From positions 115,976 through 179,975 of IMG/VR virus record IMGVR_UViG_3300026488_000012: a stretch of 64,000 nt of DNA, one strand, 5' to 3'. This stretch comes from a virus. This document shows positions 1 through 9,011 of this stretch, one piece after another. Numbering within the stretch: position 1 is the first letter of the stretch; every line of letters starts with the position of its first letter. A program made the position numbers and the translations under genes. A model generated the notes under the pieces. The model ran no database searches. It was given only the letters and a program-made list of their open reading frames with translations, and was not told the DNA's origin.

Positions 1-56
1 TGGATAATTCTGTTTTAAACAAAATAACAATCATAAGACAAGTAGGGCAACCTACT

Positions 57-590
57 ATGGAAATGCCTGATATACTAACAAGTAACGTTTCTGAGGAGGT
101 ATATATACCTACCATAGAAGCTAAGTTATCAACTATGATAAGAGACATGGTATCAACGCTAATAACAAAGAACATGCTAATGTCCATTACATTCACGATG
201 ACTAACGCCACCATAGACGGTAGTATTTACCTCACGCCTATTCACGCTACTCCTGTAACAGGAGATCTCGATGTTAAGTACTTGGTAAACAAGTTTAAGT
301 TAGAGTTTGAGCAATTAGTGGTCCCTGCTATAACATATAATAATAGTTTAGTGTTGAATATTAACGTTTATGCTAGTATACTTGGAGAAACCAAAATCTC
401 AATATCTGTGAACGGTGGACCTGAGATATTGTTTATATATCCTACGTTCGCAGATAATCTCTATAACTCACTATTATCAGACGTTAATAAATTTAACGAA
501 GTCACCAGCAGTTATAAAAATATTGTAGATGTCGCTCTTGGTGAACTCAAATATATGACAGATTCTCAAACAGCAAAAATTGTACAATAA
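57..590 (+). CDS. hypothetical protein (177 aa)
   Basis: ORF with upstream AGGG, closely followed by the next gene; no recognisable motif. Confidence 0.75.
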   Translation: MEMPDILTSNVSEEVYIPTIEAKLSTMIRDMVSTLITKNMLMSITFTMTNATIDGSIYLTPIHATPVTGDLDVKYLVNKFKLEFEQLVVPAITYNNSLVLNINVYASILGETKISISVNGGPEILFIYPTFADNLYNSLLSDVNKFNEVTSSYKNIVDVALGELKYMTDSQTAKIVQ

Positions 591-609
591 AAAAAAAAAG
601 GAGTTAACA

Positions 610-1800
610 ATGGAAAGAATAAATGAGTTTTATAAAGATATATTAGAAGCTTTAGGTTTAGTTGTAGATGAAAAAGGAAGAATATTCGTTAAAACGGGTA
701 AAACTCTTACCCCTCTTGTCATGGATGGTTTACAATTTGTGTTACCTACTAAAGAGAATATAGAAAATCTTATAATCAAAGATGAGAACGGTAAATATAA
801 AGCTGCTTATAGATTTTTCAATCCAGCATACGAGGACCCTATTAAAGGAGTAGATGTATCTCTTAATAAACTAAGAGAGATTATGTATAGAAGATTAGAG
901 AATAGAGTTGTTTCCATTATGGAAGTATTAATAAATATCGCTATGGGCGAAGCAGCTAGCCCAGGCGCTATAGAATTTATAGAATTACTAAACAGGTATA
1001 AAAACTCAAACATTAAGAAACTCGTAGATACGGGTATCTTAGATGCATTAAGAGCTCTCTATAAAAACAGCACCAGCTCTAAAAATCCATTAGATAATTT
1101 CTTACATATATATCTTCAGAAAGGTACTACCATCAATAATGAAAAGTATAATAAGATAGCTTCTACTCAATTCCATATGTATAATAGACTCATAGACTTT
1201 AAAGTAAAGCAAGACGATATTAATGGAATTAAATTAAGAAATAAAGACAAAGGAGCTATTTTATCAGGATACGAATATATATTCAAAGATGTTGATGAGC
1301 TCATTAAAGGCATCATCATAGGTAGTAAAAACAATGTAGCACCTGGACTACATTCATTATTGCTAACCTATGACAAATTAGTCGATAAGACTAATAAAGC
1401 TATAGAAGATATTAAGGAAGATATTGAAGAAGAATTGTTTGTAGAACTTAAGCTAAGGAAGTTGAAAATAAATGTAAATGATTTAGATAAGTTCTTAACT
1501 GAACTCAAGGAAGATTTAAAATTCATACCTAAAGATTCTGAAATCGAGCAAATGATTCAGCAACAAACTACTATAGGTTATGTAACGCCTAATAGAAAAA
1601 CAGTACAACCTAATCAACAAACGACTCAATCTGAACTAGACCCTGTTGAACTTGCTGCTATGGAATCAGTAAACGAACCTGTGACTATGACTGGCGGATT
1701 CGTTAATCCTATGACACCGGTACCTCAACCACAACAAATGAATAATATTCAATCACAAGTAAGTAACCAGGGTGATTATGATCCTGTACTAATGATGTAA
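610..1800 (+). CDS. conserved phiKZ-type core protein upstream of nvRNAP beta; Q/P/N-rich C-terminal tail
   Basis: Start moved to ATG 610 (AAGGAG SD). The N-terminus FYKDILEALGL..LVLPTKE..FFNP resembles, from memory, the phiKZ-like core gene that precedes the nvRNAP beta gene. Confidence 0.6.
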   Translation: MERINEFYKDILEALGLVVDEKGRIFVKTGKTLTPLVMDGLQFVLPTKENIENLIIKDENGKYKAAYRFFNPAYEDPIKGVDVSLNKLREIMYRRLENRVVSIMEVLINIAMGEAASPGAIEFIELLNRYKNSNIKKLVDTGILDALRALYKNSTSSKNPLDNFLHIYLQKGTTINNEKYNKIASTQFHMYNRLIDFKVKQDDINGIKLRNKDKGAILSGYEYIFKDVDELIKGIIIGSKNNVAPGLHSLLLTYDKLVDKTNKAIEDIKEDIEEELFVELKLRKLKINVNDLDKFLTELKEDLKFIPKDSEIEQMIQQQTTIGYVTPNRKTVQPNQQTTQSELDPVELAAMESVNEPVTMTGGFVNPMTPVPQPQQMNNIQSQVSNQGDYDPVLMM

Positions 1801-1817
1801 ATTAATATAAGGAGACA

Positions 1818-2015
1818 GTGATGAGACAAACTATGACAGTTGATAATAAAGGAAATATCATTCTGCTTACAGAGAGGAATAATAACCTCTCTGTTAATTA
1901 CAAAAATATAAAGTACAGTAACTTTTCAGAGTTCATGAAAGACGCTTATGGTGTCGATGAAAATGCTTCATCTATAGATGAAGCTATGAAAGCGATTGAA
2001 AAATATAATAAATAA
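1818..2015 (+). CDS. small hypothetical protein
   Basis: GTG start after AAGGAG; ends in a terminator palindrome. Confidence 0.7.
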   Translation: MMRQTMTVDNKGNIILLTERNNNLSVNYKNIKYSNFSEFMKDAYGVDENASSIDEAMKAIEKYNK

Positions 2016-2040
2016 CACGTGACTATATAGTCACGTGTTA
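2013..2040. terminator. bidirectional intrinsic terminator, perfect 28-bp palindrome
   Basis: TAACACGTGACTAT/ATAGTCACGTGTTA between convergent genes; includes the stop codon. Confidence 0.8.
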
Positions 2041-2051
2041 TGTTTATTTTT

Positions 2052-2408
2052 TTATTCTTTATATTTAACGAGATAATCGTTATATAGGTCTTGTAGTATC
2101 TCACCTTTTATTATCTTAAGTTTTGTAGGTAGCTTACCTCTTTCAAAATCTATCTTAAAATCATAATTACTTAGATTGTTTATTCTAATATTAGGATAGA
2201 TATATACATCAGGTATTTTAAATTTAGTCTTAATAAGTCCTCTTAAGTCTCTTATCCATTTATAAACTTCATATGGTTCTATTGTTACTATATCAACCAT
2301 ATCGTCCGTTATATAACCGGATGCTATTATATTCTCCCAGTAATTTAACAATCTTTCATCAAGTTGAGGATTATTATAATTAGTATAATCAGATAAAACG
2401 GATAACAT
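2052..2408 (-). CDS. conserved jumbo-phage small protein (possible virion/baseplate component)
   Basis: ORF with SD; YEVYKWIRDLRGL..IYPNIRINN resembles a small phiKZ-type conserved protein (recall only). Confidence 0.55.
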   Translation of the reverse strand: MLSVLSDYTNYNNPQLDERLLNYWENIIASGYITDDMVDIVTIEPYEVYKWIRDLRGLIKTKFKIPDVYIYPNIRINNLSNYDFKIDFERGKLPTKLKIIKGEILQDLYNDYLVKYKE

Positions 2409-2449
2409 ATCTAAGTCCTTTCTTTTTTTAATTCACTAAAAAAGAAATA

Positions 2450-2479
2450 CATCTATGAGACCGTTAAGTCTCATAGATG
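2450..2479 (-). terminator. intrinsic terminator hairpin
   Basis: CATCTATGAGAC-cgttaa-GTCTCATAGATG 12-bp stem immediately after the 2480..2716 ORF, followed by a T-tract on the minus strand. Confidence 0.7.
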
Positions 2480-2716
2480 TCATAGTTTCTCTTCTAGATT
2501 ACTTACAATAAAATATGTACCGTTTGTCTCTACATTCTCTTCTAAGTGTGTTATTACACCGCATATATCTTTAAATTTAGTATTAGGTGCATAGTACATC
2601 CAACCATCTTCTCCTGGCTTTAAGAATCTCAATAACACCCTACTGTCGTTTATTGGTTTATTTGTTTCAAATTCTACTGTAAACTTAGCTCCTGTAACTG
2701 ATTCCAAATGTAACAT
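2480..2716 (-). CDS. hypothetical protein (78 aa)
   Basis: AAGGAGG SD on the minus strand. Confidence 0.7.
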   Translation of the reverse strand: MLHLESVTGAKFTVEFETNKPINDSRVLLRFLKPGEDGWMYYAPNTKFKDICGVITHLEENVETNGTYFIVSNLEEKL

Positions 2717-2784
2717 ACATACCTCCTTATTGATTTTTTTACACCTTATTAGGTATATCTTAATTTTTTTATAAATTTCATTTA

Positions 2785-2803
2785 TATCTTACTGAGATGT
2801 AAT
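2785..2803 (+). promoter_or_regulatory. early (virion-RNAP type) promoter
   Basis: TATCTTACTGAGATGTAAT, a variant of the recurrent TA(T/C)(A/C)TTACTAAnnTG(T/C)AA motif; phiKZ early promoters carry TATTAC. Confidence 0.6.
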
Positions 2804-2822
2804 TAAATAAACAAAAAAAAAG

Positions 2823-2850
2823 AAAAAAGGAGTTGAAAATGAGATTCTTA
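2823..2850 (+). repeat. 28-bp RBS + first-4-codon repeat, copy 1 (copy 2 at 35573-35600)
   Basis: AAAAAAGGAGTTGAAAATGAGATTCTTA identical at both sites. Confidence 0.9.
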
Positions 2851-3384
2851 TTTATTTTAATTTATACGTTAACCCTATATGGGAAAACAATGAATACGAC
2901 TGAAATATCAGTCGTACATAAAGATAGGAGACTGGTAAATGAGTATTATCAAGAGTTAAAAAACCTGTCTGATGACCAGAAATTCTGGTTGAGTGAGGTG
3001 TACAAGACCTGTCTAGAGTATGATCTAGGTTATACTTGCGTAGCGATAGCTTGGGAAGAATCCAAGTTTAATAAATGGGGAGATAACGAAGCAGGTGACT
3101 ACGGTTTAATGGGTATAAACCTATACTGGTACATGATAGACAACGGACTTAATTATAGAAACAAATATAGGAGAATAGAAGTCCGCACTAGGTTAATAAG
3201 AGATAGTTACTATAACTTAAGGTACTCTATATCTAAGCTTATAAAATTAAGAAAGAAGCATAAGAACAACTGGTTTAAAATATGGGGTTGTTATAACGGA
3301 GGTACAACCCCTAACTATTACTATAGTAGAAGAATATTGAATAGAATTTATGCTTTTAGAAAATGGTTAAAGACAAATAACTAA
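2839..3384 (+). CDS. SLT-family lytic transglycosylase with N-terminal hydrophobic signal
   Basis: AIAWEES (catalytic Glu), GDYGLMGIN, YNGG motifs; ATG 2839 after AAGGAG. Confidence 0.8.
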   Translation: MRFLFILIYTLTLYGKTMNTTEISVVHKDRRLVNEYYQELKNLSDDQKFWLSEVYKTCLEYDLGYTCVAIAWEESKFNKWGDNEAGDYGLMGINLYWYMIDNGLNYRNKYRRIEVRTRLIRDSYYNLRYSISKLIKLRKKHKNNWFKIWGCYNGGTTPNYYYSRRILNRIYAFRKWLKTNN

Positions 3385-3398
3385 AAAGGAGGGTAAAG

Positions 3399-3638
3399 AT
3401 GAATAGAAGATATAAAATACTTCTAATGGCGTTAATAGTTATCCTAAGTGTATTATTAGTGATGTATGAAGACACAGAATATAAAAAAGTTAAAAAAGGG
3501 GAGTATGAGTTACAGTGTCTAATAAGAGATAAAGGATGGGTCACCATAGACCCGTCTAAAGTTGACGGACACGATCCAGAATCAGACTGTTGGTCTTTTA
3601 CTAACGGATGGGCTTGTAACTGTGAAGTTACAAAATGA
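3399..3638 (+). CDS. small membrane-anchored Cys-containing protein
   Basis: N-terminal TM helix; C..C.C pattern; SD present. Confidence 0.7.
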   Translation: MNRRYKILLMALIVILSVLLVMYEDTEYKKVKKGEYELQCLIRDKGWVTIDPSKVDGHDPESDCWSFTNGWACNCEVTK

Positions 3639-3704
3639 CCCCCCTATCTTTTTTCTTTTTATTATATACTGAGATTCAATATTTACCTCCTAATTTTATA
3701 GTTT

Positions 3705-3734
3705 ATAGACTATAGGGATATCCCTATAGTCTAT
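3705..3734. terminator. terminator-like perfect 30-bp palindrome (GATATC centre)
   Basis: ATAGACTATAGGGAT/ATCCCTATAGTCTAT followed by a T-run. Confidence 0.7.
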
Positions 3735-3825
3735 GTTTTTTTAATAGAATTTTGTGTTGTAAAATATTTCAATTACATTATATTAATTAGTAAAAAAGGA
3801 CAAACTAACTAAAAGGAGAAGCAAT

Positions 3826-4440
3826 ATGAGCAAAAAGACAGTGATCGGGATTGTAGGGTATGATAATTGTGGTAAAGATACTTTTGCCAGATATCTAAAA
3901 GAAGAATTAATTAAAACTTACAACAGCAGAGTCGAAATACTACATTTTGCAGATATCTTAAAGAAACTTGTTTCTAATATTTTGGAAACAGATATTGATA
4001 CAATTGAACGGTTTAAGAAAGATAATGGTATTAAACCTATTAATATTGTATTTGACAATAGTAGCAGAGAATACACAATGAGAGATTTTATAATTAAAAT
4101 AGCTAAGACTGTAGTTAATGTTTTTGGTATTGATATTTTTGCAAGAGTAGTAGAACGAAATATACTAGAGTCTGAATCGGGTATATTTATTATACCAGAT
4201 GTAAGATTCTTAATAGAAGCAGAGATAATGAAAAAAGAGCTGGGAGGTATTTTAGTAAAGATAAATTCAGATATAGATGGTTGTAATAACACAGGTTATG
4301 AGTATGAAATATCGTTAATAGAAAAACATGGACTTATAGATCATTATGTCAAGTTTAAAAATTTAGAAGAATCTATAAGAGAGTCTAAACGTATAAGTGT
4401 AATAAACGAAATAAAAAATAAATTAAAGGATGAACAATGA
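3826..4440 (+). CDS. deoxynucleoside monophosphate kinase
   Basis: P-loop GIVGYDNCGKDT, HFADILK, IIPDVRF motifs of the T4 gp1-like dNMP kinase family. Confidence 0.85.
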   Translation: MSKKTVIGIVGYDNCGKDTFARYLKEELIKTYNSRVEILHFADILKKLVSNILETDIDTIERFKKDNGIKPINIVFDNSSREYTMRDFIIKIAKTVVNVFGIDIFARVVERNILESESGIFIIPDVRFLIEAEIMKKELGGILVKINSDIDGCNNTGYEYEISLIEKHGLIDHYVKFKNLEESIRESKRISVINEIKNKLKDEQ

Positions 4441-4997
4441 GTATATCATATATAGTAAGATTTATAAATGGTGGAGAAGAGTGGTTTTCAGTTGTTGTGG
4501 ATGAGGATAACGAAGCTAACTTTAAGAATGGTTTAATAAAGACAGGTGATAATAGACTTTTTGATGATGAAGATACGGTCATACTCACATCTAAACTTGA
4601 TTTAGATGGAATCGCACATTTATTAGACGTGTGTATGTCTGATAGTAATGGCGGTAGAGATCATATCCTAATGAATACAAGACTTGTAAATAAAAACGAT
4701 CGCATAGCAGATGTACACGTGTCTATACTGGTTTACCTTACTATAGGAGCTCTAGAGATATTAGAAACACTATTAGGTAAACCGAATATTAATATAGATG
4801 AACTTATAAATGCTATAGACGATGGTGATGACGAGGTTATCGATATGGTGTACTCGTTAGTAAACACTATAGCTGCGTTAGATGCTTTAGAAGTATTAGA
4901 CGAGATGATTAAATATTATCCTATGTTGATGAAGTATGAAGAAACGATTAAAACAGTGAGAGAACACTGGAGAGAGTTATATGATAAAATTATGTAA
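4437..4997 (+). CDS. acidic hypothetical protein
   Basis: ATGA overlap with the upstream gene; SD. Confidence 0.75.
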   Translation: MSISYIVRFINGGEEWFSVVVDEDNEANFKNGLIKTGDNRLFDDEDTVILTSKLDLDGIAHLLDVCMSDSNGGRDHILMNTRLVNKNDRIADVHVSILVYLTIGALEILETLLGKPNINIDELINAIDDGDDEVIDMVYSLVNTIAALDALEVLDEMIKYYPMLMKYEETIKTVREHWRELYDKIM

Positions 4998-5009
4998 AGG
5001 AGTATAGGT

Positions 5010-5879
5010 ATGTTGTTTAGTTATTCAGAGAAAGATATAGGAGACTATACTAAATGGTCTCCTATAAAAGAAATAAAAGAGCGTGTAGGTAATTTTATTT
5101 TTGCTATTGATAAAGATGGAGAGCTATACGGATATCTAACGAATGAAGATAACAAGACTTATAAAGCTGTAAATAGGGAAGGTTACTTTATAAAAGAGAC
5201 GATTGATTTAAGTTTTACATTTGTTATCTCTAATATAGAGGATGAGATTAATGATTTATTAGCTAATCCTAATGTTTTTATTAAGAGAATAAAGGATGAG
5301 TTATACGACAACAGAGATGAGATAAATAGTGGTGATGGTCATATTTTAAACGATAGTGTTATTGTAAAATTAAATACGGAATATCCACTGATAGATGACG
5401 ATGAAGATGAATTTAAAGAATCCACTCTGAGTAATACGTTAGCACAGTTAATAAAAGCAGGTCTTATTTTTTCTTTAGTCTTTACAAAGTCGTTAGGAGA
5501 TACGAGTAAACCTGTAATATATGATAAATTAAGTGTTGATAATAGAGAGATTATCCTTCCTCACTACGAATATAATTCTTCTGTTTTAATAGTTGATATA
5601 GATGAAACAGATAAAAATGTAATAGTACTTGGGAAAGGCTTAAATTTACATATTGACTCTAAAGTTGAAAAGCTACCAAAGGATTTATATTTCTTATTAC
5701 ATGTTTATCTAACTAAGTATGCTAATATTACAAAGGATAATCCTCTTAGTATTATCCTAACTAAAGAACTTATTAACGAATATGTATCTAACATATATAG
5801 TGTAGAACCATCGGAAGGATTATTAGTTAATGAAATGTCTAGAGTAGATATAGAGACTAACTTAGGTATAAGTATTTAA
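5010..5879 (+). CDS. hypothetical protein (289 aa)
   Basis: Long ORF with AAGGAG SD. Confidence 0.75.
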   Translation: MLFSYSEKDIGDYTKWSPIKEIKERVGNFIFAIDKDGELYGYLTNEDNKTYKAVNREGYFIKETIDLSFTFVISNIEDEINDLLANPNVFIKRIKDELYDNRDEINSGDGHILNDSVIVKLNTEYPLIDDDEDEFKESTLSNTLAQLIKAGLIFSLVFTKSLGDTSKPVIYDKLSVDNREIILPHYEYNSSVLIVDIDETDKNVIVLGKGLNLHIDSKVEKLPKDLYFLLHVYLTKYANITKDNPLSIILTKELINEYVSNIYSVEPSEGLLVNEMSRVDIETNLGISI

Positions 5880-5944
5880 ATATTTTGACGGTTATTCGGG
5901 TTATATAGTAATATATATTATGAACCGTCATATTCTTAGTGAGT

Positions 5945-5970
5945 CCTATAGAGCGATATCGCTCTATAGG
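5945..5970. terminator. perfect 26-bp palindrome (GATATC centre)
   Basis: CCTATAGAGCGAT/ATCGCTCTATAGG just upstream of a promoter cassette. Confidence 0.65.
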
Positions 5971-5977
5971 GGTAATA

Positions 5978-6052
5978 TTTTTAATTTTAACTATATATAT
6001 TGTTATCTTACTAAAATGCAATAAAACTACAAGATTAGGAGGTAAATATGAG
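5978..6052 (+). repeat. 75-bp promoter+RBS cassette, copy 1 (copy 2 at 10157-10231)
   Basis: Identical sequence containing TATCTTACTAAAATGCAAT and TTAGGAGGTAAATATGAG. Confidence 0.92.
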
Positions 6053-8288
6053 TAATGAATTTTACAAAATTAAGGATATTATAAATAGATACGCAAAGTA
6101 TTTTAAAGATAACAACTCTGAGTTAAGACTGAGATATGAGTTATTTTCAATTCACGCGCTTAACCCGTTTGTTATATATAACTCTTCTCCAAGAGGATTG
6201 ATGATGGCGTCGCATGTATCACAGATACTTGTTATAGATAATCCTGAGAAAGACATAATACAGACGCCTACTATGAATGATCTTAGTAGATATGTTATAT
6301 CTAAGAAGTTTCTACATGATGCAGAGATAATTGATGTAATAAGTAGATATAGTAATCCATCCATAGGTAAAGAGGTAGAGTATGATATCATCTATAGAAG
6401 ACTAGATGACGGTAAGGTTGACGTAATGAAAATACCATTATTTAATAAATTTCACACCTATTTTGGATTCCTATACAAATTCCTATTAAATCATAGAGAG
6501 TTATACCCGGGAACAATAGTTAAAAAAGATACATACGTAGCAGTACCGCCTACTGTTATAGATGTTGATGACGAGGGCAATTTTGACTATGGGTTTGGTT
6601 TAAATGCTAACGTAGCAATGATAACTATACCGGAGACTGCAGAAGATGGTATAGTGATATCCGAATCATTCGCTAAGAAACTTAAATTTAAGACTATAGA
6701 GAAAAGAGTTTTATTCGTAGAACCTGATGAGGTATTACTTAATCTTTATGGAAATGATGAACATTATAAGCCTTTCCCTGAGATAGGAGAGGAAATAAAC
6801 CCAGACGGTGTTTTAATGGCAAAGAGAAAGATAGATGATGAGATAATAATAGGACTATTGTCTAAGGATGAGTTAAGAAGAGTTAATCCTATGTTCGACG
6901 AGGCTGTATATTGTAAAGGAAAAGTTATAGATATTAAAGTCTATAAAAATTATAAGAACAAGATGATACCTATGGAACCAGACGAGTTTATTAACAAATA
7001 TGTACAGGGTATGAGTGATTACCATAGAAGAATAGTTGATATATACAACGTTCTTAAAAGATCAGACCCTAACTTAGAAATGACTCCACTGTTTATAAAA
7101 TATGTATCGAACAGTATAGGTTATTTAGAATCAGAAGAGTATAGAAGAAAGAAAGTATATAGAAAGGAGGAGATAGAACTTTACAGAATAGAAATAGAAG
7201 TAGTTAGGGAAATAATACCTACTAAAGGATTTAAGTTGTCAGACTTCCACGGGGGTAAATCTGTGATAGTGGATGTATGGAAAGACGAAGATATGCCAGT
7301 AGATGAATTTGGAAATAGAGCTGATATCATAGCTGACCCGTCTGCTACCGTATCCAGACTTAACATAGGTAGGATGTACGAGAGGTACATAAAGGCTGCG
7401 TCCAGAGAAGCTAAGAGACAGCTTATAAATAAAATAAGAGAGTTACTTAATCTAACTGAAGTATCTTCTCAAGATGTCGATATATTATCAGACGAACAAG
7501 TAGTTAATTTATTTAAAGAATATGTAATAGAATTTGTAAATATGTTCGATACTGAACAAAAAGCTGCTTACAACCAAGTATTACAGGGTAATGATATTGT
7601 CTCTATGAGAGAGATAATTAAAGAGATAGTAGATGAGGAGTTCTATATCTATCTAACTCTGGATAATCCGAAAAGAGCTTATGAGATAGTGGTAGATATA
7701 GAGTTGTCTAAATTTAAACCTCCATATGGTAAGGTTAAGTTCAATTATTATGGTACTCCTGTGGAAACTAAAAATCCGGTAATGATAGCACCGATGTATT
7801 ACATACTTCTATCTAAAATAGCAGATGACTATCTCGTAACATCTTCTGCTAAGTTAAATCATTTCGGTACTCCTATTACTGTATCATCAGTGGATAAACA
7901 CAGGTTACCGCATAGGAATTCTCCTACAAGAGTATTAGGAGAGACTGAAACTAGACTATATGCGTCGTATTGTGGTAGAGAGTTTCTAGCCGAGTTAAGA
8001 AATAGAAATTCGTCTATAGAACAACACGCTACAGTCTATAGAAATATATTAAACGCAGATGAACCTACAGATATAGATGATGTTATACCGAGAGACGTTT
8101 ATCCGTATAAGAACGATAGACCTCTAACTATGTTAGAAGCATTATTTCATTCAGTAGGACTGGATTTGAAATATACGGAAGATATAGATTTACTTCACGA
8201 GCCACAGCAATTAAAGACTAATGAAAATCTCGGTGATGATATAGAAATATACGAGGAAGATAAATCATCTTCAGATAGAGAGGGTTAA
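6048..8288 (+). CDS. non-virion RNA polymerase beta subunit, C-terminal part (phiKZ gp71-73-like)
   Basis: NSSPRGLMMASH, GLNANVA, AEDGIVISES, KLSDFHGGKSV, DIIADP..SRLNIG, RVLGETE: DPBB beta motifs. Confidence 0.92.
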   Translation: MSNEFYKIKDIINRYAKYFKDNNSELRLRYELFSIHALNPFVIYNSSPRGLMMASHVSQILVIDNPEKDIIQTPTMNDLSRYVISKKFLHDAEIIDVISRYSNPSIGKEVEYDIIYRRLDDGKVDVMKIPLFNKFHTYFGFLYKFLLNHRELYPGTIVKKDTYVAVPPTVIDVDDEGNFDYGFGLNANVAMITIPETAEDGIVISESFAKKLKFKTIEKRVLFVEPDEVLLNLYGNDEHYKPFPEIGEEINPDGVLMAKRKIDDEIIIGLLSKDELRRVNPMFDEAVYCKGKVIDIKVYKNYKNKMIPMEPDEFINKYVQGMSDYHRRIVDIYNVLKRSDPNLEMTPLFIKYVSNSIGYLESEEYRRKKVYRKEEIELYRIEIEVVREIIPTKGFKLSDFHGGKSVIVDVWKDEDMPVDEFGNRADIIADPSATVSRLNIGRMYERYIKAASREAKRQLINKIRELLNLTEVSSQDVDILSDEQVVNLFKEYVIEFVNMFDTEQKAAYNQVLQGNDIVSMREIIKEIVDEEFYIYLTLDNPKRAYEIVVDIELSKFKPPYGKVKFNYYGTPVETKNPVMIAPMYYILLSKIADDYLVTSSAKLNHFGTPITVSSVDKHRLPHRNSPTRVLGETETRLYASYCGREFLAELRNRNSSIEQHATVYRNILNADEPTDIDDVIPRDVYPYKNDRPLTMLEALFHSVGLDLKYTEDIDLLHEPQQLKTNENLGDDIEIYEEDKSSSDREG

Positions 8289-8297
8289 ATCCCTCTC
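8278..8297 (+). terminator. intrinsic terminator overlapping the stop codon
   Basis: GAGAGGG-ttaaat-CCCTCTC followed by a T-rich tract. Confidence 0.7.
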
Positions 8298-8416
8298 TTG
8301 TTATTTCAAATTTTTTCATTTATGTATTACTAAACTGTAACAAAACAAAAAACCTCTCTACCAAGTACTGCTCCTCTGGTGTGAAGGAGAAGGTCGAGAC
8401 TAACCCCGGTGGTATA
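8293..8416 (+). repeat. 124-bp direct repeat, copy 1 (copy 2 at 63875-63998)
   Basis: Identical from CTCTCTTGTTATTTC to GGTGGTATA: terminator arm + early promoter + 5' half of the leader RNA. Confidence 0.93.
8323..8341 (+). promoter_or_regulatory. early promoter
   Basis: TGTATTACTAAACTGTAAC, contains the TATTAC core. Confidence 0.7.
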
Positions 8417-8471
8417 AGGGGAGTCAGAAGACCTTCTCGACGAAGAGGAGACGTGGAACGGTAGAGAGGTT
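8351..8471 (+). ncRNA. structured 5'-leader RNA, variant A (unrecognised family; loop-E and K-turn-like motifs)
   Basis: Nested stems 8351-62/8460-71 (12 bp), 8371-77/8444-50, 8387-95/8430-38, 8398-401/8422-25, 8404-07/8418-21; covaries with the copy at 26687. Confidence 0.8.
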
Positions 8472-8485
8472 AAAAGGAGTAGATA

Positions 8486-8992
8486 ATGAAAAAAATTAAA
8501 GTGGAGTACGATTATAAAGAAATTTCTTCCCCTGATATTGACGTTATAAAGGAGATAAGAATTGGCGAGAAAGTAGTCTCGCCAATAGCAGTAAAAGGAG
8601 TAGAATCCATTAGTCCCAACAGATTATTTAGCAATGTAACTAGTGCAAGAGCAATAGTTCTTGCTTATCTTTTTGAGGATGAGATAAATAATTTGTTGCC
8701 TTACCCTATGATGATTTTCGATAATAGAGGAACAAATGTGGTCGCTACGGAAAGAGAGGAAGATGAATTTCTCTCTTATGATTATGTAGATATGACAGGG
8801 GTTAATTGTGGAAGAAGTCAACCGACTTATAAGATATTTGAGTTAACCGGGGACCTAATGACCGATGTTTATCACATCATTAACCCTCCGGTGAGGATAG
8901 ATTATATCTATCCTAAGTTTAGAGCGGATATTCTTTATTTAGGGAATCAGGCGTTCGCTCTACTTGATGTAGAATTTATAAAACCATATTAA
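8486..8992 (+). CDS. early hypothetical protein behind leader RNA A
   Basis: AAAAGGAG SD directly after the RNA stem; terminator 8994-9011. Confidence 0.8.
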   Translation: MKKIKVEYDYKEISSPDIDVIKEIRIGEKVVSPIAVKGVESISPNRLFSNVTSARAIVLAYLFEDEINNLLPYPMMIFDNRGTNVVATEREEDEFLSYDYVDMTGVNCGRSQPTYKIFELTGDLMTDVYHIINPPVRIDYIYPKFRADILYLGNQAFALLDVEFIKPY

Positions 8993-8993
8993 T

Positions 8994-9011
8994 GGGAGTT
9001 TATAAACTCCC
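8994..9011 (+). terminator. perfect 18-bp palindrome terminator
   Basis: GGGAGTTTA/TAAACTCCC then a T-rich tract. Confidence 0.7.

Noticed and set aside
8351-8471. Calling the leader RNA a T-box, lysine riboswitch or hammerhead ribozyme
   Set aside because: It shares sub-motifs (loop E, K-turn, GnUG loop, GTGGAAC) but lacks the T-box stem-I order and antiterminator, the five-way lysine junction, and the hammerhead CUGAUGA/GAAA core.
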